Assembly (NCBI GenBank): GCA_010015585.1
Contig: ML975162.1
Origin: Eremomyces bilateralis CBS 781.70
Taxonomy: Eukaryota
Direction: 5' to 3' (one strand)
Length of the DNA stretch: 64,000 bases
The notes under the pieces were generated by a model that ran no database searches, was not told the origin of the DNA, and saw only the letters and a list, made by a program, of their open reading frames with translations. This document shows positions 10,301 through 23,613 of this stretch, one piece after another. Within the stretch, counting starts at the first letter, position 1. Every line of letters begins with the position of its first letter. The position numbers and the translations under genes were made by a program.

Positions 10301-13300
10301 CAAAGACACTAAGATTCTCGCGGACGAGACCTCCCAGTTCAACGGCGACAATGAGAAGAGTGAAAAGGACACCCAGAAGAGCAAGATCGACGATCTTCCC
10401 TTCTACTGCATCGGTTTCAAGTCTGCTGCTCCCGAGTACACGCTGCGGACTCGTATCTGGGCTTCGCTTCGATCCCAGACTCTGTATCGTACCATCTCTG
10501 GTTTCATGAATTACAGCCGTGCGATCAAGCTGCTGTACCGCGTTGAGAACCCTGAAGTGGTGCAGATGTTTGGCGGCAACTCCGACAAGCTTGAACGCGA
10601 ACTGGAGCGCATGGCTCGCCGAAAGTACAAGATCGTCGTGTCCATGCAGCGATATGCCAAGTTCTCCAAGGAAGAACGTGAAAACACCGAGTTCTTGCTC
10701 CGCGCGTATCCCGATCTTCAGATTGCCTATCTCGATGAAGAACCGCCGGCGAACGAAGGCGATGATCCTCGTATCTTCTCGGCTTTAATCGACGGTCATT
10801 CGGAGATCATGGAGAACGGCCTAAGGCGTCCCAAGTTCCGCGTTCAACTCTCCGGCAATCCCATCTTAGGTGACGGCAAATCCGACAACCAGAACCATGC
10901 CATCATCTTCTACCGTGGCGAATACATCCAGCTCATCGACGCGAATCAAGACAACTACCTCGAAGAGTGCTTGAAGATCCGATCCGTTTTGGCCGAGTTC
11001 GAAGAAATGACCACCGAAAACGTTTCGCCGTACACCCCTGGCGTCGAACGCGACAAGATCGAGCCCGTGGCTATTCTTGGTGCTCGCGAGTACATCTTTT
11101 CGGAGAACGTCGGAATTCTCGGTGACGTTGCCGCCGGGAAGGAACAAACGTTCGGTACCCTGTTCTCTCGTACTTTGGCTCAGATTGGCGGTAAACTTCA
11201 TTACGGCCATCCGGATTTCCTGAACGGCATCTACATGACGACTCGTGGCGGTGTCTCCAAAGCTCAGAAGGGTTTGCATCTCAACGAGGATATTTACGCT
11301 GGTATGAATGCGCTCATCCGTGGTGGTCGCATCAAGCACTGTGAATATTACCAATGTGGTAAGGGTCGTGACTTGGGCTTCGGCTCGATTCTCAACTTCA
11401 CGACGAAGATCGGCACTGGTATGGGAGAGCAGATGCTTTCTCGCGAATACTACTATCTCGGAACACAGCTCCCTCTCGATCGGTTCCTGTCCTTCTACTA
11501 CGCTCACGCCGGTTTCCACGTCAACAACTTGTTCATCATCTTGTCGGTGCAACTTTTCATGTTCGCCGCCATCAATCTTGGTGCCCTCCGACACGAGACC
11601 ATCACTTGCAAGTACAACTCGCGTGTCCCGATTACCGATCGTCTTTACCCAACGGGGTGCGCCAACACGGCACCGATCTTGGACTGGATGGAACGTTGCG
11701 TCGTTTCGATCTTCATCGTCTTCTTCATCTCGTTCGTCCCTCTTGTCGTCCAGGAACTGACCGAACGTGGCTTCTGGCGTGCTGCGACCCGTCTTGCGAA
11801 GCACTTTTCGTCGTTGTCTCCCCTCTTCGAGGTGTTCGTCTGCCAAATCTATGCCAATTCCCTGCATTCGAATCTGTCGTTCGGTGGTGCTCGATACATC
11901 GGAACGGGTCGGGGCTTCGCTACTGCTCGCATCCCCTTCGGTATCCTCTACTCGCGGTTCGCCGGCCCTTCCATCTACATGGGAGCGCGTCTGCTTATGA
12001 TGTTGGTATTCGCCACGCTGACCACCTGGTCCGTCTTCCTGCTGTACTTCTGGATTTCGCTCCTAGCTTTGTGCATCTCGCCGTTCCTTTTCAACCCCCA
12101 TCAGTTCGCGTGGAACGACTTCTTCATCGACTACCGTGAGTACCTCCGCTGGCTCTCCCGTGGAAATACCAAGTCGCACTCCGCATCCTGGATCGGGTTC
12201 TGCCGGCTGACACGGACACGCATTACGGGATACAAGCGCAAGGCCCTCGGCGATCCTTCCGCCAAGCTGTCGGGCGATGTCCCACGAGCGCACTTCACCA
12301 ACATCTTTTTCAGTGAGATCATCTCGCCTCTGCTTCTGATCATCGTCTGCCTGGTCCCGTACTTGTATATCAACGCACAGACGGGCGTGAACGAGAACAA
12401 CAACCCCGACAAAGAGCTCAAAGCCACGAACTCGCTCATCCGCGTTGGCATTGTGGCTTTCGCACCTGTCGCCATCAACGCCGGCGTTCTGGGAGGCATG
12501 TTCGCTATGGCTTGCTGCGCGGGTCCTTTGCTGTCCATGTGCTGCAAGAAATTTGGCGCCGTCCTCGCCGCAATCTCCCACGCCATCGCGGTCGTCATGC
12601 TGCTTGCCTTCTTTGAGGTCATGTTCTTCCTTGAAGGCTGGTCATTCAGCAAAGCCATGCTCGGAATGATCACGGTCGTTGCAATCCAACGATTCGTCTA
12701 CAAGCTGATCATTTCGCTGGCTCTAACGCGTGAATTCAAAGCGGACGCTTCCAATATCGCATGGTGGACGGGCAAATGGTACGCCATGGGTTGGCACACC
12801 ATCTCTCAGCCGGGCCGTGAATTCCTCTGCAAGATCACTGAGCTTGGCTACTTCGCAGCGGACTTCATCCTCGGACATGTTCTGCTGTTCGTAATGCTGC
12901 CGCCGCTACTTGTTCCGTACATCGACAAGGTCCATTCGGTTATGCTGTTTTGGCTGCGCCCAAGGTATGCTATGCAACAATGCGCTTGAAAGCTTTCCAA
13001 CTAACATCTATGCAGCCGACAAATCCGACCGCCCATCTATTCCCTCAAGCAGACCAAACTCCGCAAACGACGCGTCATCCGCTATAGTATCCTGTACTTC
13101 GTGATGCTGGTCGTGTTCATCGCGCTGATTGTCGGGCCTCTCGTTGCTGGCGGCGCCCTGAAGAACCTTCCGGAAATTCCGTTGAATCTCCTACAGCCTA
13201 CCAAGATGGAGAACAACGACACGCGGAATTATTCCAAGACCGGCCGTACGCTGCAAGAGCCCGATGAAACTGCCGGGGGCGGAGGTACTGGTAGTACGGG

Positions 13301-13412
13301 ATCCGTTGGCAGCGCCAGCAGTGGCGGTGGCGCCTCTGAAACGGCCGGCGGTGGTACCCTCAGTCCATTTGCATCTGACAACCCATTCCCTGAACGGTAC
13401 GTGATGTACTAG
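7368..13412 (+). CDS. FKS1: 1,3-beta-glucan synthase catalytic subunit (GT48); exons 7368-7570, 7628-7765, 7817-12964, 13016-13412
   Basis: 1704-aa ORF with FKS motifs ([59 protein letters not shown]). Three GT-AG introns with branch sites join the Gln/Tyr/Gly-rich N-terminus and the C-terminus in frame. Confidence 0.98.
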
Positions 13413-14111
13413 GGGGGAGCAGTTGACGGGTGCGAGGTGGGTGAGAGAAAACGAAGAATAGAATGGATTATGACCAAATTCAAAGATAAGAGCGCCGAAA
13501 ACGATTCGGCTATGCATCATTGTATGATACACACAGCGGTTGCACGGGGTGGGGTTTCGTTTCTCGGCGGTGCATGTTTGTTTCGTCGGTTCCTGCTTAT
13601 CATTACTTCGCATCGAACCATGGGAGGGAAGGGGAGGAGCAGTCTAATGAGTGGTATTCAACAAACTGCGCGTTTATTCTCATCTTGTTGTCCCGACTCC
13701 GGGGAGAGTTAACTGTGTATTGGCGAAAATGGGGAACATGGGTTTGGTCGTTCCAGTTTCTAATGCCGTGCCCTTCGGTATGAGATGCAGTCAAATAGAA
13801 TATCAGATTACTCCAAGACCCAGCTCGACATATGTAGACTGTGATTTATAGGACTTGAGGCATGCTATTGCGGTTCGACGTCAGGAGAGGCTCTCCATTA
13901 GTTCTACCTTATGTCGCTACATCAATCGCATTGCATCCCGGATTATTCGCAGCGAGGTTCACATTAGGGAGTTCTGTCTGTATTCTCCTCGCTAGTTGAT
14001 ACTTAGGTATCTGCTCCCCGAAAAAACCTGAAGCTATATCTGTACTCATTGCCACTGCACCGACTACGACCAGGACGCATAGCTTCTGGGAGCATTTCAT
14101 AGGGAAATTAC

Positions 14112-14123
14112 AGTCACGTGACT
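14112..14123. promoter_or_regulatory. Palindromic E-box AGTCACGTGACT upstream of LCB1 (bHLH site, Cbf1/SREBP-type)
   Basis: Perfect 12-bp palindrome about 340 bp before the LCB1 ATG. The factor assignment is inference. Confidence 0.35.
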
Positions 14124-14460
14124 TTTGGGCCGTCAGCGGAAAAGGAGTTGATCATGACATGGGCATTTAGGTTGGAAAACCATCAGACAGATAGATCGTC
14201 CTTTGGTATTTTATAGGGCTGCTTCACGCACTTAACCATTGAACTCCGTGACATGGTGATGAATCTATGGCAATAGGAGCGCCTCCACCATAACCCTCAT
14301 TACCTTCTGCAGCGATTTCGCGCCCTGAACCCTCTCCTCGAATCCGCATTTACATCAGTATCCTTCCGCGCATCGCTGCTCCTGTCGCTTCCGACTCCCT
14401 CTCCTATAGACCGCCAGCTCTTCCCGAGACACCGGCATAGAAGCAGCGCAGCCGTACATC

Positions 14461-16213
14461 ATGAACGCCTTTCTCCAACCCCTCGGAAACGCCACCACCT
14501 CCGACCTCTTCTCCAGCGTGAGCACCTCCTTCTCCCGCGTCCCCGGCTCCGCCATCATCGCGCGATACATCCGATCGTCGTATCAGGACGACCCCGTCCG
14601 GTCGGCGGTCGAACTCTTCCTATTCCTCTTCGCGTTGCGGTATATTATCTCGCCACGGTATGGCGTGCGCGGCGGCAAGAAAGGCGGCGGGAAGGTGGAG
14701 TTGAGGGACGATGAGATTGAGGATCTGGTGGAGGAGTGGACGCCTGAACCTCTGGTTGGGGAGCTTACAGAGGCAGAGCTCTCGGAGGAGAAGAGCAGGG
14801 TGGTGATTGTAGGGTGTGTATCCGTCTAGGTTATTCCGATGCTGCAGGATGCTGACAGCGGCGTGAAGACAAACCGGCCCGAAAGTCAAACTCAGCACCG
14901 GCAAAACCGTAACCAATCTCGCCTCCCTCAACTTCTACAACTTCGTCGGCTCCGAAATCCTCAAGGAGCGCGCCATCCATACCCTCCGCACTTATGGCGT
15001 CGGTCCCTGCGGCCCTCCCGGTTTCTACGGCCACCAGGACGTGCATATAAAGACGGAGCATGATGTTGCGACGCACCTAGGTACGGCGGCGTGCATCATC
15101 TACGCGCAGGCATTCAGCACGATTTCGTCGGTCATCCCGGCCTTCTCGAAGCGGGGCGACATCATCGTTGCGGACAAGGCGGTCAATTATTCGATCCGGA
15201 GGGGACTGCAGATCTCGCGAAGTCAGATCAAGTGGTTCGAGCACAACGACATGAAAGATCTGGAGCGGGTGCTGAAGGAGGTGGTGAAGAATACACCGAA
15301 GAAGGCTCCGTTGACGAGGAGATTTATCGTCACGGAGGCCCTCTTCGAGAGCACCGGCGATGTGATCGATTTACCGAAGATTGTGAGTGTGTCCCGCATC
15401 GCTGTGGTCCCCTCAACACCGAGTGCATACGGGCTAATAACGGGTTTAGGTCGATCTGAAATTCCAATACAAGTTCCGCCTCATCCTTGATGAGTCCCTC
15501 AGCTATGGCACCCTTGGTCTCACCGGCCGCGGCATCACCGAAGCTCAAAACGTCGACTCCAAGAACATCGACATGATTGTTGGGTCGCTGTCCGGTCCGC
15601 TCTGTGGCGGGGGTGGCTTCTGCGCCGGCTCCAACGAAGTTGTCGTGCATCAGCGGATCAACGCTGCCTCCTACTGTTTCTCGGCTGCGTTACCGGCTCT
15701 TCTGGCCACCACAGCAAGCGAAACGATTGCTCTGTTGCAGACGGAGGAAGGCGCCGCGCTGATGGACCAGGCTCGGGAGCTCAGCCGTCTAATGCGTGCC
15801 CAGCTAGATCCGAGGAGCGAGTGGCTCAAAGTCATGAGCAAAGAGGACAGTCCCTATATCATTGCGGTTCTGAAGAACGAAGCGATCGAGGCGAAGAAAT
15901 GGAGTCATGCAGATCAGGAGGCGATCATGCAGGACATTGTCGACGACGTAAGCTTCCCAATCGTCTTTACTTCCTCTTGATTCTCAAGCTAACCGTTCCG
16001 TGTCTACAGTGCCTCAACAAGGGCGTCCTCATCACCAAAATCAAACGGATGCCTTCCGCTCAAGGTGCCAGCGTGAAGGATTTGGCGAAAGAATGGCAGC
16101 CACAGCCAGCACTGAAGATTTGTGTCGTCGTTGGCTTGACAAAGAAAGAGCTCGAGAGTGCGGGACGGGAGATCAGACATGCAGCAAAGCGTGTGATCAA
16201 TGCCAGGAAGTAA
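14461..16213 (+). CDS. LCB1: Serine palmitoyltransferase subunit 1 (4 exons; introns near 14814-14868, 15384-15449, 15948-16009)
   Basis: YIRSSYQDDPVRSAVEL, WTPEPLV, YGVGPCGPPGFYG, SSVIPAFSKRGDIIVAD and GGGGFCAG segments typical of Lcb1, in an aminotransferase class I/II fold. Confidence 0.93.
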
Positions 16214-16535
16214 CAGCCTGGTCTATTGTATAGTTGCACTGTTAGGCGTTAATTGGTTGGGGGACGGAACGATATTTGGATGTAGCGCGCAGCGCATAGG
16301 GGGGCTTGTATCATCAATTGAAGTAATCCTAATCACTGATTCCCTTCTTGTGGGCAGGGACGGGCAGTTTGCACGAGAAATTCTGAAATATGAGGATTTC
16401 TTCCGCTAGAGTCTCTATCATGGCTTCATAGTCAATCAAACCACCGTCTTAAACCCCCCGTACTGGCGTCTTGAGCGCAAAATCGTTGTTCAACTCGTTG
16501 AAGACATTCGCGAACTGACATCAGTCAACTTATGG

Positions 16536-16563
16536 TCACGTGAAGTATTATCACGTGAAGTAG
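16536..16563. promoter_or_regulatory. Tandem TCACGTGAAGTA E-boxes upstream of RPL29 (Cbf1-like)
   Basis: Two TCACGTGA copies 15 bp apart, about 140 bp upstream of the ATG. CACGTG elements are known in fungal ribosomal-protein promoters. Confidence 0.45.
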
Positions 16564-16691
16564 TTTGGCTGGGCAACCGAAAGCGGCCTAGCTCCCACGG
16601 AATTCGCACATTCAATTCCACAGCCGAAATCAACCTCACCAAACCACCAGCGAGAAACCACCAGTCAAGTACGCGCGGAAACTTTCTCAAG

Positions 16692-17122
16692 ATGGCCAGT
16701 ACGTGTTCCAAGAGGAAGAAGAAGATTATCGGGAGCATAGAATACTGATCCATGCAGAATCAAAGAACTCCTCGCAGCATAACCAGTCCAAGAAGAATCA
16801 CCGTAATGGGTACGTCGCGATCGCACCAACGCGGACTTTCGACCTTCCATCGCTCGATCGCTGCACAAAGAAGGCTTCAATGACTGACTATTATCTTCTA
16901 TAGTATCAAGAAGCCGAGGACCCACAGGTATCCCAGCTTGAAGGGAACCGACCCTAAGTTCCGACGGAACCACAGACATGTTCTGCACGGAACCATGAAG
17001 GCTTTGGTACGTTGCGACGTCGCCCACTGCTGATCCATCTCCCGCATTTGTCGACGAGGACTCGCTAACTTGCGTGCGTTCTACAGAAGGAGCTCAAGGA
17101 GGGCAAGCGTGACACGATTTGA
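16692..17122 (+). CDS. RPL29: 60S ribosomal protein L29 (eL29); exons 16692-16698, 16758-16809, 16904-17006, 17087-17122
   Basis: Spliced product [65 protein letters not shown], with three GTACGT...AG introns. Missed as a unit by the ORF track. Confidence 0.95.
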
Positions 17123-18354
17123 GGCATATCGACGATGCACAGCGCACCATCGACATACATCGGGCAGCGGCGTCCACGGGTTTATCTGCGTTTACGATCA
17201 TGTGTATTGTCCGTCCATGGAGGGATCAATAAGTCTCTAGGAATAGGGTTCAAGTCATAACTAGAGCAGCAAAAGCACGGATTCGACCACTTGGTTCCTG
17301 TGACGCTGGGCCATTTGGCCTCGACCGTCAATCGATATTATCCTGTTCCCTTCCTTTTCCATGCGATCTGGAAACATTAGCGGGATTCTAGTTACATGTG
17401 GATGTCCCGGATGCCATGCCCGCCCTACTCGACCCTACTTCCCGCAACTCGTTCCTGCCTCCTTTCCCCCAAACGTTTTCATCCCAGGTTTTGCTCATTT
17501 GATTCATTCCCCCTTCTCCAAAACGGCATATGTGTGTACAGCGCTATACTACTTTGTGTAAAGCAGCTGAAGGATTTTTCTACGTGCCAAGATTCAATTC
17601 AAGTCCCTCCAATTACCAAACATCGCCTGCCGTTGTGGCTGTCGGTGCATGGACGGAGGGATACATTACAATTCGTGACAGCTTCACTTCCCGAATCACT
17701 TATATTCGTGGGAGTAGAGTTCCTGGGGTATTTCTTAGTACATTCTTCGGGTTTCGCTTCCCTTCGAATGCAGCTTCATTCCCAGCCTATGATTTTGTTT
17801 CATGCCCATGATGTTGGTCGCTGACTCCCCTCTGCTACAATGACCCTCGAGATTCTCGCTACTTCGTTGTGGTTTGCCCACTCCTGGCCTTGCCATGCTG
17901 ACGACCTTTCCTCCATTTGACTGGCAATTGCATCAGGGCGTTGGCGCGACGAGTCTAATTATAGATCGCGACGAAGCAACCAGGAGCGAATCGGTAACTT
18001 TCCCAGGAGCTTCGTAAGTCTTTGGCGATAGAAGCATTGCTTTTTCTCCCGGCGTTTTTATACCTTACCTAGTACTGTCAAATGAAGCAAGCCTTAATTC
18101 AACAATGCTACTAAGCAATATTTCCTAAAGTGCATTCACGTCAAATCAATGTGGTCGCAGGTCGTGGGCTGACCCAAAATCCTCCACTGTGATGTCATCA
18201 TACCACTCGCAGCTTCATTTGTATCTCGACTTGGGCTCTATTCTCTACCACTGGAAGTTGTGTTCTTAGAATATAGGACATTATTCTTTGTGGACGAAGT
18301 TGAGCGCATCTTCAGTACCAAGTTTACCAATGTCCAACCCTCCATCTCTCTATC

Positions 18355-18834
18355 ATGAATCCGGACGACAAGTACGATCAGATGAACGACCTACTCTTTG
18401 GCAGTGTCCCCGTTCGTGAGGCCCAAGGCAACACCTACCAGCCGAGAACTAGGTTCTATTCAATTCCAGTCAAGGATGACGATGCGCTTGTCGAAGACCC
18501 CGTTGATCCCGACAATGCTGATAGTGACGAGCAAATAGGTAAGTATTCTTTGGCTAAACGATCGCTACTATACTTAGATACTTACGCATGGCTTGTTTGG
18601 CCTATGATGAGCGTGAGGAGATCCAACACGTCCAACATCACTGGCACCCTCAGCCGAGGTGCAACTAAATGGTCGGGATCGTACGTCGAGCTTGCAGATG
18701 AAGGGACCATCATCAGCGGCACAGAAATGTGCTTCGAGACATCCTCGACGACGATGGAACCTTCCGCATCGCTAGAGGTCGGATGTGAGCACGGATGGAG
18801 CCTGGGATTGTCCTATATAGGACCAATGACTTAG
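18355..18834 (+). CDS. Hypothetical small acidic protein or gene relic
   Basis: 159-codon ORF with a plausible ATG context and a GTAAGT donor at 18539. No recognisable family. Confidence 0.25.
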   Translation: MNPDDKYDQMNDLLFGSVPVREAQGNTYQPRTRFYSIPVKDDDALVEDPVDPDNADSDEQIGKYSLAKRSLLYLDTYAWLVWPMMSVRRSNTSNITGTLSRGATKWSGSYVELADEGTIISGTEMCFETSSTTMEPSASLEVGCEHGWSLGLSYIGPMT

Positions 18835-19098
18835 AATTCAATGCCTAGCGAGACAGCTTGAACATCTTTTGGATACAATGTCGCCTCGCAACTATAAAAT
18901 CTGTCTTAATTCCCGGATAACTAGACATAAATAATTCTGCAGCTCGCCTACTAGAATCTCGCGCCTTGACTTGGATTGGTAATTCCCATGGTATTCCTGG
19001 ATCGAAATGTATGGACTAGCACTGACACTTCGATGATAATCAAATGTATTGTTCCCTCAAATAGATCAAATGCAATGCCCCAAAAAAGCCAAGCATCA

Positions 19099-20121
19099 TC
19101 ACCTCAGAATCGTCATCCCTCTTCTTCCTCTTGCCCTCTCATCTGGCCGACAAACATCCGTCTCATGGTGATCATGATACCGACACATATCCCGCTTCCA
19201 CGGCTTACACAGGCTGTCACCCGGCCAATCCCCTGTGACAACCGCCCTCCCCCTCGCCATGCACGCGCTGCAAAACGTCTTATGACAATCCCGACACTGG
19301 CCAGCGGGCACCTGCGGCCGCAGCACGTTCTTGCATACCTCGCACGCGCGAGTCTGATCCCACCCCTTGACGCGGAACGCCTCGAAGTCGTGCCGGTCCA
19401 GCGCAGTCGACTGCGTGCGCTTCAACCGCACGCACAGGTCCCGCAGGAACATCGGGTGCCACGGGTCGGCGTGGGAGGCGAGCAGGTTGTCGGTTTTCTT
19501 GAACGCGAAGAGGTCGAGGACGAGGTCCCGCACCAGCGCGTTGTCGCGGATTGTGTCGTAGAGAATGTAGGTGTCGCTCGGCGTCGGGACGGAGTTGGTG
19601 TCTTCTGCTAGTTTGGCGATCTCGTCTACGACGCAGTTTCGAAGTGCCTCGACGGAGAGACGGTCGGCAAGCCCGTAGAGGTCGAGGAGGAGGAAATATG
19701 TCGGCTTCCCATCCTTCCAGAATGCATTGGCGTCGAGTGTCTGGGTGTACACCCAGTGGATGAAATGCTCGAAAATATCCAGGCGTTCTTCCGGGAGTTC
19801 GACATGCTGCGATAAGCCCTCGGCGAATGTGCCGTTCAGCGCAGCGGAGAAGAAGGGACTGTGGTTCGTGAGAAGTTCGCGGTGGATGAGGAAGTGGACG
19901 GGTTTGGTTTTGCCGATGGAGATTTCGGCGATTGCATTTAGGTTTTTGAAGTTCGTTCTATGTTTGCTGTCGTCAGCAGTCTGGGATGCTCCTAATGTTG
20001 TGGAATGCGTGGCTTTCATGGTCGCCAGGGGAGCTGTCGACTGTCCCTTGCACCACAGCACATACCTCAATGGCTCTAAAGAAACAGACGGAGATGCCCT
20101 TTCGACCGTAGTAAAAGGCAT
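19099..20121 (-). CDS. BTB/POZ-domain protein with Cys/His-rich C-terminus
   Basis: FLIHRELLTNHSPFFSAALNGTFAEG...VELPEE...FEHFIHWVY BTB signature, plus C-terminal CxxC pairs and CRYHDH. Confidence 0.85.
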   Translation of the reverse strand: MPFTTVERASPSVSLEPLRYVLWCKGQSTAPLATMKATHSTTLGASQTADDSKHRTNFKNLNAIAEISIGKTKPVHFLIHRELLTNHSPFFSAALNGTFAEGLSQHVELPEERLDIFEHFIHWVYTQTLDANAFWKDGKPTYFLLLDLYGLADRLSVEALRNCVVDEIAKLAEDTNSVPTPSDTYILYDTIRDNALVRDLVLDLFAFKKTDNLLASHADPWHPMFLRDLCVRLKRTQSTALDRHDFEAFRVKGWDQTRACEVCKNVLRPQVPAGQCRDCHKTFCSACMARGRAVVTGDWPGDSLCKPWKRDMCRYHDHHETDVCRPDERARGRRGMTILR

Positions 20122-21016
20122 GGTGGCCTCTATCTTGTGTCTATTCGATAGTACCGAGAGTAGGAATATCTTTTAACCAACGACTCAAAGTCGATGCCGC
20201 TCCCACTGACTTCGTGAGTACTCAACTGAGTCCTGTACGTACGCGAAGCTCAACGTAATACTCGACGCTGATCGAGGAGCAATTACTTGCACCAGCGCTT
20301 AGAATTAGTTGCACGATTTGTGGACGCTTGCTGTGTTAGTTGTACTTCGTGGCAATTGAAGGAGGATGGGAGGACGAATGGACAATCAACAGGGAGCTTT
20401 TGACCACGGAAACAAGGCGTGACGATTCCATTATTCTTATGAACAACAGAACCAGAGGGTACGTGAAGGACTTTTGCAGTGGTCCAGGGACCCGTGACGG
20501 ATTTTGTTTGACGGCCGGATGCGTCACTCACCTATCGTGACGAACTCCTTTGTTGCTTTCGGCAGGCCGAAAACGGAAATACATCACTGACCGGGGTGGG
20601 TGAAATGCACTACAAAATCGGGAGACAAGAACCGAATATGTAGATGCTTCAAATTAGAACTTGTTGAACTGAAATTCGCTGAATTCATTGAAGAACCTGG
20701 ATAGAAAGATGCGGGTCTTGCCTGCATTGTTTGCAAATTCCGTGTTTGCAGTGCTCGCGATCCAAACGGGAACGGCCCCTTGGAACCGTCGCACATGCTT
20801 CAGGTTCCCGCAGGCCCGTTCCGCAAAGATCGATTTTTAACCAGTGATGCGCCTTAATTGATGCAATCCCTTGCGCTACTGGCAATGTTTCGTCATAAGA
20901 TACCTCTCCCTCTAACTTACAATCCCATCGATGTTTTGTCCTTGCTCCCGGTGGAACGAGATCGATCGCTTCTCACTGGAGCATCTGCCGCTCTCTTCAC
21001 CATCATGTTAGCATCA

Positions 21017-22571
21017 TTACATCCGATGCTTCTCGCTTTCTGTGAGGGATATTGGTCAGAGGGGCTGATTCGTGTAGTTGGCGATAGGCTAGTCCTTCTG
21101 ATACTCACCAAGCCTGGAATAGAGCATGTAGAGCGCCATTTGGTTGCATTCGGGTGTCCCGGTAATGGTCACCAGCCGTTCGTTGCTGTTGTCCTGCGGC
21201 TCGTTGATCTTGATCACGCTACCACTGAGAGTACGGATTTCGTTGATCTTCGCACCGCCTTTTCCGATAATAGCGCCGACCATATCGTTGGGGATATAGA
21301 TTTGTTGAGTGACAGGCTGTCCCGGCATTCCCTGCATAGCCGGTTGAGCGGCAGTGGCATGAGCTGCTTGAGGCTGAGCCTGCGCGCCGTATTGTTGCGG
21401 CTGCTGAGGTCCTGCACCAGCGTAAGCCGCGCGAGGAGAGTTGGATGCGTAGTGCATCGCCGACTGAGGTTGCTGCTGAGGTGCTTGTCCGTGGAGGTAC
21501 GGAACACCATATGGGTTCGAGGGAGTTCGTTGACTTTGGTTGTTGTGACGCCTGAAATTATCGGGAGGGCCCCATTGTCCACTAGCAGGTTGTGGAACAT
21601 AAGGGACAACCTGCAATCCACCAGGCACCGCACTTGCCGGAGCACCACTTCGTGTGGCATACGCCGAAGCTGCGGGACCACCAAATCGCTCTGTCAGTTG
21701 CTCAACCAAGGTGCTCCCAACATAGTATGTCGCAATATGAACTGCATCAGCAACGCCAAGAACAACCAACGATCTCTCAGTTGAAAGGGGCAGGCAGGCA
21801 TCCGAGGCGTTCAGTCGGGCTCCAGACGCTTCCTGAATCTCGCGGATGCGGACCCCACCTTTGCCAATGATCGAGCCAATGAGGATGTGGGGGATGAGCA
21901 AGCGGAGAGGGTAGGTCTTGGATTGGGGGGTGGAAGGTGCCTCGAGATCTTCATTGTTCAACGTACGAATGATCAACCCGAAAGCCTACAACTTTGTTAG
22001 CCTCGTTGACGGGAAAGTGAGAATCCTCTGGACAGACCTTGGCCACTGCATCGACAACCCCACTCACGGTGAGAATCCGCTCCGTAGCTCCCCGTGTATA
22101 GTCGGACACCGTGCACTTGGCACCCGACATTTTTCGGATTAGAGTGACATTTTCGCCACCCTTACCAATGACCGTCGCCGCTTCAGGGCTGGAGATGATC
22201 GCTCGAATATGGAGCCAGCCTGTTTCGTCCTGATGAGCGGGGCCTTGAGACGACGCTCGTCCGTTCGCGGTGGTCGTTGACTGAATGGGCTGAGTCCCAG
22301 GGACAGCTGCGGCATTTGCTGGTGCATCGGGCACCACAGTGTCGCCTTGCTCGTCTTTGATGCCGTTGGAAACTGACGCTGCCTCTGCTTCTGCGGTCGC
22401 ATCCTGGGCAGGAGCAGTGCTCCCATTTTCACTCTTCTCCTCCTCTTTAACTACTTTATCCAATGCAGGTCGTTTTGCATCAGGCTGGTCGGCTGCACCG
22501 TTCGGAGAGGAAGGTTCCTCAAGAGGTCGCTTCTGCGATTGAGCCGTGGTGGCACTCGGAGACGCGGACAT
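21017..22571 (-). CDS. Triple KH-domain RNA-binding protein (Pbp2/Rnc1/hnRNP K-like), 3 exons
   Basis: Three GxxG KH motifs (VIGKGG, IIGKGG, IIGKGG). Introns are near 21986-22037 and 21040-21107, and the last exon encodes ESEKHRM*. Confidence 0.9.
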
Positions 22572-23613
22572 GGTGGCGGTTGCAATCCGGGAAAGTCTGC
22601 CTTCTTAGTTGCGCGAAGAGATTTGCGTGTCACAATACTCGTGATGAACGAAGGTGGTTCGAATGAAATTGCTTCGATTGCTTCTTATGTACAGCTGGGG
22701 GCTGTGTCGCAAAGGAAACGTGCTGGGTGCAGGCGGTCGGAGTGACAGCTGGAAGGAAGCAGACGGCTGTGAAGGGAGGGAGCGGTGAGGGGTGGATTGA
22801 GGGAGCGCTTCGTCGAAAGGGGTGGTGCAGTGGTGCGGGTGAGGAGGGTGAAATCGAGTCCTATGGACTGTTGGAGTGTCGAAATGCGCGGAAGCGAACT
22901 CAAAAGGTGCTGGTGCTCGAGGACGCAGAGGAGGAGGACTGGAGTGATGGAAGTGAAGGGATGATCGATGAGTGAGTTGGTGGTTGATATATCTCGCCTT
23001 TGAGGGAGATGAGGGAGACGAGGGAGCTGAAGGAGCTTGTGATCAAACCTCAAGCAGTGACGCCTCGCGTGACTGAGTCCTTCACTCCTTCTGAATTCGA
23101 GAAACTGGATCGAGGGCTCGCAGAAGGCAAGTCCTGGAAAAAGAAGAAAAAGAAGAGGAATTACCTGAAGCAACTAAAACTCTGTGAGTTGATGAAGGTC
23201 GAACAAAGATGATGGATGATGTGAAGAAAAGGGAGCGAAGACTGAGGACTGACAAGAGGCGGAGAGTGATCCGCAGAGAGAAATTCACAGTATCGATCAT
23301 CACGTGATGCTTTCCGATCATCAATCCTGAGGATTCATCACGTGGTTGATCGTGGATTCGTGGCATATGATATGGAAAGTGTCAATAACTGGGGGAAGTC
23401 TCACTGAACTACGCAGACGCAATATCAAATGAACATTGTGGGTAGAAGTCAAAAACCACCAGTGTTGTAGACTTGGTCTCACTTGGTCTCACTTGGACAA
23501 CCGTCGTGGACCCGATATCCAAGCAGAGAGGGCAAGCTTTGTTTTATCAAGTTTGGATTCATCAGATAATAATACTCGGTCCTGTAGAAGACGCTAAAAG
23601 GCAATCAGCAAGA

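Noticed and set aside
10866..11867. 333-aa antisense ORF within FKS1, and similar antisense ORFs in the KH gene, ARP4, NUP159 and PRP16
   Set aside because: Shadow ORFs produced by codon bias of the sense gene.
22685..23290. Purine-rich tract with ORFs on both strands
   Set aside because: Best explained as the pyrimidine-rich 5' leader and promoter of the KH gene.
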